Of a stretch of DNA of 64,000 nucleotides, positions 26,954 to 40,729 are shown one piece after another (the first letter of the stretch is position 1; every line of letters starts with the position of its first letter). This stretch comes from Octopus vulgaris. Lineage: Eukaryota. The stretch covers positions 100,874,001 through 100,938,000 of the forward strand of contig OX597822.1 of NCBI GenBank assembly GCA_951406725.2, written 5' to 3'. The translations under genes were made by a program, and so were the position numbers. The notes below the pieces were generated by a model, which was given only the letters and a program-made list of their open reading frames with translations, had not been told where the DNA came from and made no database searches.

Positions 26954-27496
26954 TATATCAACTGCAGTGTCCAACTGGTACTTATTTTATCGAGCCTGAA
27001 AGGGCGACAGGTAAAGTCGACCTCGGTTGAATTTGAACTCAGAACGTAAAGACGGATGAAACACTGTTAAGTACTTTTCCCGACGTGCTAACAATTTGGC
27101 CAGCTCTCCACTTCATTAAAACATTTGAAATTTTGGCACAAAGGCCAAATTTTGGCACAAAGGCCAACAATCTCGGAGGATAGGATAAATCGATTATATC
27201 GATCTCAATGTTCAACTCGTATTTATTTAATCGACTCCCAAAGAATGAAAGGCAAAGTCGACTACAGCAGAATTTGATCGCAGAACATAAGGATGGACGA
27301 AATACGGCCAAGTATTTTGCCTGGTGCGCAGACGATTCTGCCAGCTCTCTGCCTTTTTAAGGCATTTAGTAATTAGTTTAACATTTTATAAATTACAAAA
27401 AAAAAAAAAAACTAGCAAGGGACGCAACTTTGTATTTTAATAAAAGTTATACCCCTTGTTCGCTGATCTCGCGTAGTCTTACTACTTTATATATAA

Positions 27497-27800
27497 CTAG
27501 CAGTATCGCCCGGCGTTGCTCGGGTTTGTAAGGGAAATCGTAATATAGGGAGAGAAAACGTTTTTATTTTAGCCAACTTTTGATTCTAAAGCGAAGGATT
27601 ATTCCCTTAAGGTGTTCGACTGACCTCGTAAAAATGTTCATATTTTTCGCTTGTTTTTCCACTCGTACCATTTAAAAAAAATTCAATTCCTAAGGCAGGC
27701 ACGGATTTTTATATGTCTCAAAATGCATTCTAATCCGCTTATTTGATTTCGATATTTCTATTGTTATATTTCATTAAATTACACTGTTAAAAACAGTTTA
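27497..27800 (-). mobile_element. Helitron 3' portion
   Basis: Same ctagcagtatcgcccggcgttgctcgggtttgtaagggaaat end as 24467, with a different interior. Confidence 0.7.
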
Positions 27801-27817
27801 TCAAGCTATAAAAAAAT

Positions 27818-28076
27818 AAATAATAAATGCGCCCTTTTAAAGCCTAGCCAGGTACATGGGCCCGGTTTCCCGGTTTCTATGGCGTATGTGTTCCCCAGCT
27901 GGATGAGACGCCAGTCCATCGCAGCGTTACTCATTTTTGCCAGCTGAGTGGACTGGACCAACGTGAAATGAAATGTTTTGCTCAAGAACACAACGCGTAT
28001 CCCCTGTCCAGGAATCGAAACCACAATCTTACGATCATGATACTGACACCCTAACCACTAAGCCACGCGCCTCCAC
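27818..28076 (-). mobile_element. SINE family D, full length
   Basis: Copy of 21965-22222; tcaagctata flanks both sides. Confidence 0.9.
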
Positions 28077-28389
28077 TTACCAAGCTATATTGATCACGAA
28101 ATAAAATAATCCCCTTCTCTTTAATTTTGGATATTTAGATAAACTTGCGTTATATTTAATTAAAAAAAAAAGCTTGCAGTTGTAACCGTAAAGATTAATT
28201 CATTTTAAACAAACATCTAGCAGATGGTTGAGTAATTAGCTTTCGAGACAACAGAATTTGCACAGAATATATTCAAATAAACCAGATACTTAAAATGCAA
28301 ATATTACAAAATATCTTGCATTGAGGAATATTTACTATTTCCCTATATTTACATTTTCCTCAATTTAGAATTCATTTGAGCACTTACGA

Positions 28390-28623
28390 TACCTATTTCT
28401 TTACTACCCACAAGGGGGTTAAACACAGAGGGGACAAACAAGTACAGACAAACGGATTAAGTCGATTACATCGACCCTAGTGCGTAACCGGTACTTATAT
28501 AATCGATCCCGAAAGGATGAAAGGCAAAGTCGAACTCGGCGGAATTTGAACTCCGAGCGTAGCGGCAGACGAAATACGGCTACGCATTTCGCCCGGCGTG
28601 CTAACGTTTCTGCCAGCTCGCCG

Positions 28624-28627
<4 letters not shown>
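28390..28627 (-). mobile_element. SINE family A, full length
   Basis: A consensus. Confidence 0.9.
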
Positions 28628-28660
<33 letters not shown>

Positions 28661-29137
28661 TCTCTCACTCCCTCTCTCTCTCTCTCCACACACACACACA
28701 CATATATATATATACATATATATAGTGTGCATGTGTGTACATGCGTTCGTGTCTTTGTGCTAGTCGCAACACCACTTAACAACCTATGCTGGTTTGTTTA
28801 TGTATCCGGAACCTAGCAGTTCGGCAAAATAGGCCAACAAAACAAGTATCCGAATTAAAAAAAAAAAAGAATATGAGTATTGGGATGATTTTTTAAAAAC
28901 TAAACTCTTCAAGGCGGTACTCCAGTATGACCGCAATCCAATGATTAAAATATGGAAATATGTACAAGAATATAGGAATAAAAGAATACATCGAGGTGCA
29001 CAAATCGAATAATTTCTTTTAGTGATTTCTATGATTCTAAATCTCAAAGAAGCTACTGCCTGAGCCTGCAACCGATCGAATTTCGTGGGTCAAGGGCAAA
29101 CCGAGGTCAGGGTCAGGCACTATCTATCTCCACTCCC

Positions 29138-30040
29138 AATCATCATTGTTCGACCGTGATCGAGACAATGGAATTTACTATGTTATGCCATTACGGAGGT
29201 CCTGTTGCTGGATGCCTGTATCCCTGGAGATTACATCAGGGTAGGAGAGTGTGCGCCCTCTGGTATCGCGAGCAGATGGCTTCCAGAGGAGAAGAGTAGA
29301 AATTACCTCGTTTTCAGCTCTACAACAATGTCCAGCAAACTGGACTCTACTACCTTTAACAAGAGATGATACAGGTGGTAATGTCCCATATATTTGTACT
29401 TTGGTTGGATGATGCTTCCACGAGAGATTTTGAGCTCTCATAAGGAGGCGAGTGTAGGTTCCATCCAACTGCCTCTCAAGCTTCTTTGATAACGTCCAGG
29501 TTTCTGAGCCATATAGTAGAATTGGTTCGACTGTGGCTTTGAAGATTTTAAGTTTGAAATCTCTACTTAGATTTGATGACCAGATCTTATGCATATCATT
29601 ACAGGCTTACCAGGCCATACTCTTTCTAGTTAGAAAATCTTTTTCAGATGATGCTATGTATGACCCAAGATATTTGTAATCAGAAACCATAGTTGGACCA
29701 GGTCGTCAGTAGAAAGTGATCTCAGGTGTTCTATAAAGAGTTTGTGAAGGATTGTAGGTTCCATCCAACTGCCTCTCAAGCTTCTTTGATAACGTCCAGG
29801 TTTCTGAACCATATAGTAGAATTGGTTCGACTGTGGCTTTGAAGATTTTAAGTTTGAAATCTCTACTTAGATTTGATGACCAGATCTTATGCATATCATT
29901 ACAGGCTAACCAGGCCATACTCTTTCTTGTTAGAAAATCTTTTTCAGATGATGATATGTATGACCCAAGATATTTGTAAACAGAAACCATAGTTGGACCA
30001 GGTCGTCAGTAGAAAGTGATCTCAGGTGTTTGTGAAGGAT
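29138..30040 (-). mobile_element. RTE-group LINE 3' fragment with internal tandem duplication
   Basis: YKYLGS..AW.ACN.MHKIW..VEPILLYGSETWTL..FAGHC; 29453-29730 is repeated at 29753-30030. Confidence 0.9.
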
Positions 30041-30462
30041 ATAAACGGCAATAATGTCCTGGGGCAATTATGTAGCGTCTCAGTGCTACAGAGGATCGGA
30101 ATCATTAGCGACCGAATATTTTCGAGATGCGGACAAGGTGATGAAACTGGAAACCGATCAGCGTAAAACGAACGCCTTTGATCCATAAGTCTGTTCGATG
30201 AAGGTTAGACGACAACGACGACGACGACGACGACCACCGCCGCCGCCGCCACGACGATTCCCTCCACCCTACAATTTGATGCAAGAGGAAGGGCCGATAG
30301 TAGAAAGGAAAAGTACGAAAAACTCTCGTGAAGGAAAATATAAATTTAAGAAGCTGTGTAAGTAACTTCCCTTGTTTAGAATTATTTCCCCTGCATAACA
30401 ATTGCATCGTCTTTGTTTTCTTATGATGTTTAATTCTATATGACGTAAGACTAAGTCAAACA

Positions 30463-30536
<74 letters not shown>

Positions 30537-30649
30537 AACCTGTGGCAAGAATCATTAACTGAGATGTGTTATTTCTGGATGTGTACAAAGGACTGGAGGA
30601 GATTCGAACTAGGAATTTAGTGGTATAAGTACAGGGATTAATTTCACAG

Positions 30650-30697
<48 letters not shown>

Positions 30698-30911
30698 CGA
30701 TGCGTATCCATTTTTTGTCCATAACTCATTCAAAACTTCCGTTACCACCCCAGGAATTTAAAATTAGCAGCGGATCAAACATGGAAATGACGAACTAACA
30801 AGAGAACCTGAAACAGTCGCTCAATAGTGAACAAATATCCCTCAAGCGTTGCAATACAATCTTTAAAAAGGAAGGTCACATTGGATAGATAGATACGCAT
30901 TTCACAATATA

Positions 30912-31142
30912 TATTTCTTTATTGCCCACAAGGGTCTAAACATAGAGAGGACAAACAAGGACAGACAAACGGATTAAGTCAATTACATCGACCCCAGTGC
31001 GTAACTGGTACTTAATTTATCGACCCGAAAGGATGAAAGGCAAAGTTGACCTCGGCGGAATTTGAACTCAGAACGTAATGGCAGACGAAATACGGCTACG
31101 CTTTTCGCCCAGCGTGCTCACGTTTCTGCCAGCTCGCCGCCT
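30912..31142 (-). mobile_element. SINE family A, full length
   Basis: A consensus; cgcatttcacaat flanks both sides. Confidence 0.9.
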
Positions 31143-31356
31143 TTTTCGCATTTCACAATGTAACCAAGTATATTTTATCAAATATATCTTATACAACCCT
31201 TGTATATGTATTTATTTATTCATAACTAATCTTGTGGGCTAGGGTCACGGAAGAACACGAAAGATCATGTCATTGTCACCTCACTGCTTTGTTTATAAAA
31301 CGACAGGATGGTCACAATTAGAACGTTTTCTTGTTCGGTTTCAAGCAAAGGACCGA

Positions 31357-31580
31357 GTGGAAGCGCATGGCTTTGTGGTTAGGGTGTTGAACTCAAGATT
31401 GTGGTTTTGATTTTAGGACCGGGCGGTGGGTTCTATTCTTGAGCAAAGCACTTTATTTCACATTGCTCCACTTCACTTAGCTGGCTAGAATGAGTATTCC
31501 TGCGACGGACCGGCTTCCTGTCACAGAAACCGGGAAATCGGCCTTCTGAGTCTATAGGACTCGGGAAAGAAGCTTTAATC
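31357..31580 (+). mobile_element. SINE family D, diverged
   Basis: D head and cctgcgacggaccggc block. Confidence 0.75.
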
Positions 31581-31599
31581 TTTTATCTTTTCGGAAGGG

Positions 31600-31782
31600 A
31601 CCGTTTCCAAGATCCTTCACGATCCGCATGTCTAATGTAGTCGATCTTCAACAACAGCAAGTCAATGGCTGCAGGAGAAAATTTGACAGGAAGAGAATTC
31701 CAGAGGAAAGGTATTCAAGGGAAGAAGGACTGGAAATAATGAGTAGTATGGGCCTTTGAGAGACAAACACAATATGGATGAT
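31600..31782 (-). mobile_element. CR1/L2-type LINE C-terminal fragment
   Basis: HPYCV....HTTHYFQSFFP...LWNSLP. Confidence 0.65.
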
Positions 31783-32063
31783 TATTATTCATAATAATAA
31801 TAATAATAAACAATATAGGAAACTATATAGTATATGAAGAAGGCTATATCTGGTCTCTCGACTTGCTAAAAACAGCAGCTAAATTTCTTTCGATTCTCTC
31901 CTTCTATCTCGATATAAAAAGTGAAGTCCCATTATATAATGTAGTCTTCGAAAAACGTCTGAAAATAGAATTTGACGGTCATGGGTGGAACGTATTTGAC
32001 CATTTATCGGTTGTAATCAGTGCTGATTTGGAGTTAAACAACTATAGTAGCAGCAGCAACAAC

Positions 32064-32452
32064 AGTGGAGGCGCAATGGCCCAATGGTTAGAGCAGCGGA
32101 TTCGCGGTCGGAGGATCGCGGTTTCGATTCCCAAACCGGGCGCTGTGTGTGTTTATTGAGCGAAAACACCTAAAGCTCCACGAGGCTCCGGCAGGGGATG
32201 GTAGCGATCCCTGTTGTACTTTTTCGCTCCAACAATCTCTCACTCTTTCTTCCTGTTTCTTGTCCCCGACTTCCTACGCAACCGCTGAGCCTGGATGCGC
32301 ATTCATCCATCCGTCGATGCTCTCGGTGTCGGGGGTTGGCCTGCTTATCTCTTCTGCGGGTCTTACGAATAGCAAAGGACCACGTTTTGGACTTCTCCCA
32401 TCTTGCGAGCTCTGGGAAAAAGACCGTTCGCTCAACAGCAGCAACAACAACA
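32064..32452 (+). mobile_element. SINE family C with tail 2
   Basis: C head plus tail 2; cagcagcaacaaca flanks both sides. Confidence 0.9.
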
Positions 32453-32584
32453 ATCGCTTCTTCAAAACCTTCAGGTTTTGTGTCCGAAATTTTTGTGGTG
32501 GGGTTTTGTCAATTACAACCACCTCAGTACTCAACTGGTACTTACTGTATCGACCCTCGAAAGGATGAAATACAAAGAAGTTCG

Positions 32585-32925
32585 TTTTGCAGTCACGAGG
32601 TCCCAGGTTCGATCTCATTCAGTGATATTTAAGACAAGTGTCATTTTCTATAGCTTTGGGTTGACCTAAACTTTGTGAGTGAAATTGGGGAGACGAAAAC
32701 TGTGCGGGATGTGTCTGTTATTCAAAACATATTGCCTTGTCTCTTTCCCCTTTCTCTCTCACCCACGCCCCCCACACACAGAGTATCACGCTGATTCTCC
32801 ATGAGAATGATGCTAAGGTTACATGTGTCTATAAAATGCTCAAGTGCTTACACGTAAACTTAATGGGCAGATAATCCATCTGATCGAATATCCGAATCGT
32901 CATCGCAGAAACTAGCGGGCATCTT
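32585..32925 (+). mobile_element. old SINE with B-like central block and tail-1-like end
   Basis: ttgtgagtgaaattgg.agacgaaaactg is B-like; tcacgctga..aaggttacatgtgtct is tail-1-like. A similar copy lies at 54955-55320. Confidence 0.6.
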
Positions 32926-33435
32926 TCTAAAGATTCTAAAATTTGTTAGCGTTAATTGAACAGGATTTGGTTGATATTTCTAGCAAAATACGTGACCACG
33001 TATCCCTCTTTTTTGGTTCTCTCTGGGTTTGCTACTTAGCAGCGTTAAGCGACTTCGCAGTGAACGTTTAGAATTGAAATCACTGGACCATGCAAATATA
33101 CATAGAGACAAAACAAGCATCTGTGGATTTTATGAAGCAAACCTTGTATTTCCTGTGATTTTAACAAACGCTTACATTTACCAATAACAGCATTCGATGG
33201 GATTTCTACATGATTTACTCAAAATTGCTAGAAATAGCAGCCATATCTCACTCAAATTATATTCTTTCCTCCCCAAAGAAAGAACACAAAGAGGATAGAC
33301 TATACCCGACAAGATATGCTACGGTCACTGTTAAAACGCCTTCTTTGAACATAAATCAATCAAATCAAAGCCACCCTAAGAGTTAAATAGCAACAACAAC
33401 GACAGCAGATACTACAATGTGGTACAAGTCCCAGG

Positions 33436-34012
33436 TTACTTACTTACTTCCTACATTTAACCCTCCAACGCGGAGTGTAGGCCACTTATATTTGAATTCC
33501 ATGTCGCATAATTTTTCGCTTCTGTACTAAAACTCTGCCATGAATGTCCCCTTTTCTCTAGTTCCTTTTGTTGATCTATGCCACGAGTTCTTAGGCCTAC
33601 CTTTTTTTTCTATATCCATCCGGTTTCCACTTTAAAGCACTTTTCGCTACATTTGGTGTGTCTTTTCTAATTGTGCTACCAATCCACTGCCACTTTTTCT
33701 TAAATATTTGTTCCCTAATCGAAACTTGATTTGTTCTTTGCCATAGCTTCATATTGCTTGTGTGTTTGGGCCATCTAATTTTAAGTATACTACACAAGTA
33801 TCTGTTGATAAATGATTGTATTTGCTTATTTGACTTAACTGTTGTTCGCCATGTCTCAGCCCCATACAATAACACCGCTTTTACGTTGGTGCTAAAAATT
33901 CTTATTTTGTTCTTTATTGAAATTACACTTGCGCTCCATATTTTTTTCAACAGGTGAAAAGCGGTCCTTGCCTTACTTATTCTCGTCTTAATATCTTCGT
34001 CGGTGCCGCCTG
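33436..34012 (-). mobile_element. RTE-clade LINE 3' fragment
   Basis: GGTDEDIKTRISKARTAF..NVKAVLLYGAETW..WQWIG..ALKWKP.G.R; (agta)n tail. Confidence 0.9.
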
Positions 34013-34189
34013 AGAACGTTAATCGTTAAAAAGGCAGAATCATTAGAGTTTCGGATAGAATGCTTTGCGGCGTTTGTTCCAGTTTCCTGCGCTCTGAGTT
34101 CAAATTACACCCTGGCCAATATTGTACTTCATCATTTCGGAGCCTATAAGTAAATTAACAGAAATGTACAGGGAATGAATTCTACCCCC

Positions 34190-34870
34190 GACTGTCTCGT
34201 TCGATCGATTGTGTGAGGTGGGGAGGGGCAAGGAACAACCGCCCTCATCGTGACCACATTAATCCTTTCAGCACCCCTCTGTGGACACAGCAAGAAAGAA
34301 CTAAAAAAAAAAAAGCAAAACAAACGTATTCATAATTCCTAAAAGGTTATAGATCAGAAAGAAAAAATTAAAGTGAGTCAATTTTCCTTGAGGGTCGTTC
34401 ATCAGAGAGAAAAAAATATCTCCTTGAATTCTGAATCTCACCCTCTTTGTAATTGAGGATTTACAAGAACTTAATTTACAATAATCTTTTGTATTGATGA
34501 TTTACAATAACTTACGACACTTCTAGTCAGTTAAGGTGAGACAGTGTCACATGACAACTTGCTGGGGCTGCCTGCTGGAGCCTAGCGGCAGGTATTTAAA
34601 GGGAAAAATTTGACAAGTCAGCCAGTCACCGGCTGACACTCTCTGACGATACATCGAAGAGGCCAGGGAACAGAAGAAAGAAGACATGCACCCAACACCA
34701 GAGCTAAAGACACCTCCGAAAGTGGGGGTGTCCGCCACGTCAAAACGGTAGAGGAGTAGGGGCCGAAACCGGACGCGGTTCCTCCTGATGATGTCTTGAG
34801 CTAACTGGATCCTATAAAGGAGCTGTTGTGGTAGCAGACCACGAAACACGGTTGTAATTCCTCCTTTATT
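34190..34870 (+). mobile_element. possible LTR-like remnant
   Basis: GC-richer island with tatttaaa at about 34594 followed by cagtc; termini not resolved. Confidence 0.3.
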
Positions 34871-35351
34871 GTTCTTTTTTCTTCTATCGAAAATGTACAG
34901 TAAAATCATTCATGCCAAAATTACAATGTTACCCCTAAGATTTGCGTGCGAGTCAAACGAAGAAACTTCTTTGTAGATTTTGAATTTGCTAGAAATAGGA
35001 GAGGAGAGAAATTTCCCTTAAACGATTAAACATTGTTGAACGTAATCTTAAATTTACAAAAAAAAAAATCAAAAACAAAAACAAGGAAAAAGACCGGGCG
35101 GTAACGGCCAGAACGCCTTTGACCATATGGCTGTTCAGTTGGCGATGGCTTGGAACTCAAGAACAACAATAACAAAGACTGTTTATAGTTAAACTAAAAA
35201 AAACGTACAAAAACAATAACCAAATTCTCATCAAACAACACCATACAGTTATAAAACGGAAGACACTGGGACACAGTTGTGTAAAAAAGACTGGAGGGAG
35301 ATCGAAATACTATACACTGATTGGAATATCATACACTGAGCAGCAACAACA

Positions 35352-35730
35352 GTGGAGGCGCAATGGCCCAGTGGTTAGGGCAGCGGACGCGCGGTCGGAG
35401 GATCGCAGTTTCGATTCCCAGACCGGACGTTGTGTGTGTTTATTGAGCGAAAACACCTAAAGCTCCACGAGGCTCCGGCAGGGGGTGGTGGCGACCCCTG
35501 TTGTACTCTTTCGCCCCAACTTTCTCCAACTCTTTCTTCTTGTTTCTTGTCCCCGACTTCCTCCGCAACCGCTGAGCCTGGATGCGCATTCATCCATCCA
35601 TCGATGCTCTCGGTGTCGGGGGTTGACCTGCTTTTCTCTTCTGCAGGTCTTACGAATAGCAAAGGACCACGTTTCGAACTTCTCTTACTACAGAAGACCA
35701 CTTCGCTCAACATCAACATCATCAGCAACA
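35352..35730 (+). mobile_element. SINE family C with tail 2
   Basis: C head plus tail 2 in a CAA/CAG context. Confidence 0.9.
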
Positions 35731-36315
35731 AGAACAATAAAGACAAATACCAGAATATGACAACCTTTTTCAGTAGCTGTGAACCTTTGGCTTACAAATA
35801 TACATATGACCCCTCCAACACATACCCGGAGAGCAAAAACTGCGTAGTGAGCAGAGGGTACACAGTAAAGTTTAGTATATCCTTTGCCTTTCTCCTTGGC
35901 GCTGATACTGTTGAAGTTCTTCCGATTTGGCGGTCTAATGCGCAACTCAGTCAATGTTGTCGACTGTATTTTAGTTAAAACTACGGCTTCAAATCTGCTC
36001 AGAGTTACCTCTCTTCTGCTTTTTTTTTCATTGATAACGGCTAAAGAGCTAAAAACGCAGCGTCTGGAAATCTGGCAGGGGCTACACTAGACAGATAGCT
36101 TTTACCATAAGAGAGAATTCTTTATCCACGGTAAATGCAATGAACTTGCCTTTAGAAGTTGAAATACGTCGTAAGCATTTTTTTTACTCACCTAAAGTTC
36201 GCATATATATATTTTTCTTCTTCTTTTATTTGTTTCAGTCATTTGACTGCGGCCATGCTGAAGCACCGCCTTTAGTCGAACAAATCGACTCCAGGACTTA
36301 TTTTTTGTAAGCCTG

Positions 36316-37595
36316 AGTGTGTGTGTTAGTGTTAGACACTGCTGCCTGTACTGATATGTCTATAAGCCATGCGATGGCAGACATGCACTCTGCAATTTAT
36401 TGAATGTATAGAGATGTGTCGGGGTGTATTCATGTGTGTGTACATATGTGTGTGAGTTACTGTGTGGATGTGTGGGTTTAGGGTTAGATGTGGATGTGTA
36501 TGTTTTGCTTGTGCGGTGTGGTGGAGGTCGGGCGGCTCTCAATTGACCAACCGTGAGGAAGATAATGATAATTTTAAATTCAAATCCAATAGTGTATTTA
36601 TGTCATAAGGAAAATTATTAACTGGAACCCGGACATACATATATACCGCTCTGGATCCTAATGTAAGCGTTATTAATAATATTATGAATGATAATAATGA
36701 TTACATTAATGGTATTGACAACGATAATGATGCTAACTTTAATGACACTTTAGAAATTATTATGAAGTAATATAATGTACTATTGACTATGTATATTTGC
36801 ATCTAGGTACTAATTTGTGTATGTTTATTATCACAATATTAAGTCGAAAAACTGAGACATTGAGTGTGGAATACATATATATATATGTTTACTAATTTAT
36901 ATTATTTATTTATATCATTATGTAAATGTATATTTTTATATGTATAAGGGTGTGAGTATATGCACTCATATGTATATGTATATGTTGTATTGTGGGTATG
37001 CACCCACACCCCTGTGGGTATATATGTAGACTGAGTTATATTACATAATCTCCGAAGAGGCCTTATGATATTTTTGTAAATGTCTCATTTATATCTATAT
37101 ATTGACCAACCATAAAGGGCTAATATTTGTAAAATGAGACATACTTATCTATATGGCCGAAACAGCTGTAAGATGTAATCTATACTTATATTTATATTTA
37201 CTTATATTTATATTCCTCTTTATATATATTCTACTTATTATACAACATTATTCTTTTATGTACACTTTTTTATGTACCTTCCTTTATGTACACTGATTTG
37301 TTCTGCTTTTTATATTTAACCCTACAGTCTCTTATGTGGTGGTTTAATAAAGTATGTGATTGAGTATTATCTGGTAATTGATGTTTGATTTAGATGTATT
37401 TCTCCATTTTCTTATCTTGTATTAGTAATTTGTGGTAAATCATTTTACCTTTGCCCATATAATACAGTAAATGAATTGATTGCATCGCAATCATTAACAT
37501 TTATATATTAACTTTGTTGGGTACTTCACTAGCAGTATATTGGATACATGTTATCCCATGGAGGGTTGCATTTACAACCCCTATCTCAATTTGTA
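36316..37595 (+). mobile_element. Penelope-like terminal region with hammerhead
   Basis: Strand-biased G/T- then T-rich body, hammerhead at 37041-37178, ends in (TA)n, and interrupts a SINE B (36220-36315 / 37657-37812). Confidence 0.6.
37041..37178 (+). ncRNA. hammerhead ribozyme candidate with long stem II
   Basis: atct-CCGAAGA-ggcc..92 nt..ggcc-GAAA-cagctg-UA-agat. Confidence 0.65.
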
Positions 37596-37606
37596 TATAT
37601 ATTATA

Positions 37607-37658
<52 letters not shown>

Positions 37659-38202
37659 GGGCTTCAGTTTCAGTCTACTAAATCCACCCACAAGGCTTTG
37701 GTTAGCCCGAGGCTATAGTAGAAGACACTTGCCCAAGGTGCCATGCAGTGGGACTGAACCCGGAACCATGTGGTTGGTAAGCAAGCTACTTACCACCCAC
37801 CCACTCCTGCGTCTTAAATACACACACACACACATGTATGTATGTATACATGTATGAAGATGTATTCCAAAAAGAATTCAGTTTATGATTTCTGCCCCAA
37901 AGAAGCACGTAAATACTATCAACCCTACATTTTTCATAATCCGTAACCTACCAACCATGTAAATGAAGTTGTATTACGAGAATTACATTCTATTTACAGG
38001 GATGCAGAATATCTCAGTTTTAGGCATTACTGGTGTGCCTTACATTAAAATACTGCCGGAACCTCTGATACATTCATTCATCTTAAACGGAGTAGTAATA
38101 TTTTGAACCTCATTGAAAAAGATGTCCACCCGATGAACAAAACTCTCCGTCCATGAACCATCGAATGCATCATTACGTAGTCCTTTGATCTGTTAGAAAA
38201 TA

Positions 38203-38434
38203 AGGCGGCGAGCTGGCAGAACCGTTAGCACGCCGGGCGAAATGCGTAGCCGTATTTCGTCTGCCGTTACGTTCTGAGTTCAAATTCCGCCGAGGACGAC
38301 TTTGCCTTTCATCCTTTCGGGGTCGATTAAATAAGTAACAGTTACGCACTGGGGTCGATGTAATCGACTTAATCCATTTGCCTGTCCTTGTTTGTCCCCC
38401 TCTATGTTTAGCCCCCTGTGGGCAATAAAGAAAT
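38203..38434 (+). mobile_element. SINE family A, full length
   Basis: A consensus; agaaaata flanks both sides. Confidence 0.9.
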
Positions 38435-38654
38435 AAGAAAATAGCGACCAAAAATTCCTCAAGTCACTCATTAATTATTTAAAAAGTAATGACAGATTAC
38501 ATTATATTGTCCCAAATTCTGAAAATAAAAGACGGGATATTCACGGCAGAGCATGTCTAATGTAGGGCTTGCTTGACCAAGTATGTTCCAACGTTAAGCG
38601 ACGGTAACTTCAACATTGACGTTCACCGACCAATACTTTTTTGACCAAATATTC

Positions 38655-39000
38655 AAAGTTCGCGGAACACCTCAGAGACATCCGACTCGGCAATGACACC
38701 CCGGTCTCGTGCTATTTCCGCTCTACCGGTCACTGTTTCCAACACCTGTCTGTGTTCGGATTGTCCTTGCACAAGGGCCATCCGGACTCCCGTCTTCGCC
38801 GTGAACAAGGATTAATCTTCTCTCTTCGCTCCTTTGTGCCACATGGGATCAACTCTCCTCCCCTCTCCTCTCTTCCTCTCACACCGACATCCTCCCACCC
38901 ACCTCTCCTCTCTTGCTCCGACTCCTACTTCTCTTCACTCCTACCCTCCTCTCTTCTCTTCACTCTTTGTCCGAACTTTGTCCTCTCCGTGTCTCTTTTA
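38655..39000 (+). mobile_element. Penelope GIY-YIG endonuclease C-terminal fragment
   Basis: KFAEHLRDIR..NDTPVS.YF..GH..RLRREQ.LIF.L....PHGIN. Confidence 0.85.
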
Positions 39001-39722
39001 TCATTAGCACAATGACCTTTTATTTTTGATTACATGTTTCTCCGTTTAAAGTATCTCATTTTACCTTCCTCAAAACCTCAGTTTATTTGTCCGTATATTA
39101 TTCTGATGCTTTACATTCGCCAAAAGCCAAAAAAATCATGTGCATGACACGCTAGAATAGTCAATATTGTGATATTATGCGCAAACTCTGTAAAGATTGG
39201 TAACGCATTCAAGTGTTTTGATTCCAACAATTCTCTGGAATTTTATTAAAAAAAAAAAAAAATGAAACAAACGTAATGAAGCGTAAAAAATCGCTTTAAC
39301 ACAAACACTAGATAAATATAAGGTAACAGATTGAATGAAGAAAAAAAATAATGATTTACATGCTAGAAAATGTTTTGATGTTCCTCGACTTTTCCCCAGT
39401 TGTAGATTTTATCACCCTCGAGAAAAGCAACACCAGAAAAGTCATTCTGGTATAAGAAAACAAATTTCGGTAAATGGCTCATGTCCACTCTTGTTCAAAC
39501 AAAACAAAAACTACTTTGAAAGTTTGCCTAAAGATATACATTATTGCGGAAGAGTTCATCTTCGTCTCCCTGTTTGACATTGTACGTACATAAATATATA
39601 CATTCAGACATACACACACACACACACACACACATACACACACACATACATACATACACAGATACGCACAAATGCATAAATACACACATATATATGTATT
39701 CATATTTATACATATATATGTA

Positions 39723-39770
<48 letters not shown>

Positions 39771-39841
39771 CATATATACATATATATATACATATATATA
39801 TACATATATATATACATATATATATATATACAAATATATAT

Positions 39842-39932
<91 letters not shown>

Positions 39933-39947
39933 TATATATACATACAT

Positions 39948-39992
<45 letters not shown>

Positions 39993-40045
39993 TACACATA
40001 TATATATATACATATATACACACATATATATATACATATATACAC

Positions 40046-40078
<33 letters not shown>

Positions 40079-40729
40079 CATTCATACATACACACACTCA
40101 TATATATATATAATGTATACATATACATAACACACACACACATGTATGTATTTACATACGTACACGATTACACATGCGAACAGATACAGAAGCATATATA
40201 TATATCCACATATTTCTCTTTTGCTATGTGTCCATAAGTCTTCCTCTCCCCACCCCCACACATATGCGCACAAATAGACGCCCTCCACCATCACCACGAA
40301 TATATATGTTTGCGTGAATGTGTCTTTATGTTTTTGTGTGACTGTGTTTGTGTATGTGCGTGTGCATATACGTTTATGGATATAGACACACACTCAGATC
40401 GCTATACACACACACACATCCACATATATACACATAGTCATATATCTATATAATTTCCTTTATATGGCAGTATGTATGTATATGGACAGAGAGCTGGACA
40501 GAGAGGTAGATATGAAATGTGTAAATTACAGGGCTTCTTTCAGATTCTGTCTACCAAATCCACTTACAAGGCTTTGGTCGGCCGAAGCTATAGAAAACAC
40601 TTGCCCAAGGTGCCGCGCAGTGGGACTGAACTCGGAACCATGTGGTTGGGAAGCCACGCCTGCGCACGCGCACACACACACACACTCATATATATGGAAG
40701 ACAGAAAGAAACAGGAAGAGAAAATATAG

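Noticed and set aside
34385-34410. ctgatga core on the minus strand
   Set aside because: No stem II closing onto GAAA and no stem I partner.
35430-35978. 182-aa ORF as a host gene
   Set aside because: The first half is SINE C and the rest has no recognisable motif.
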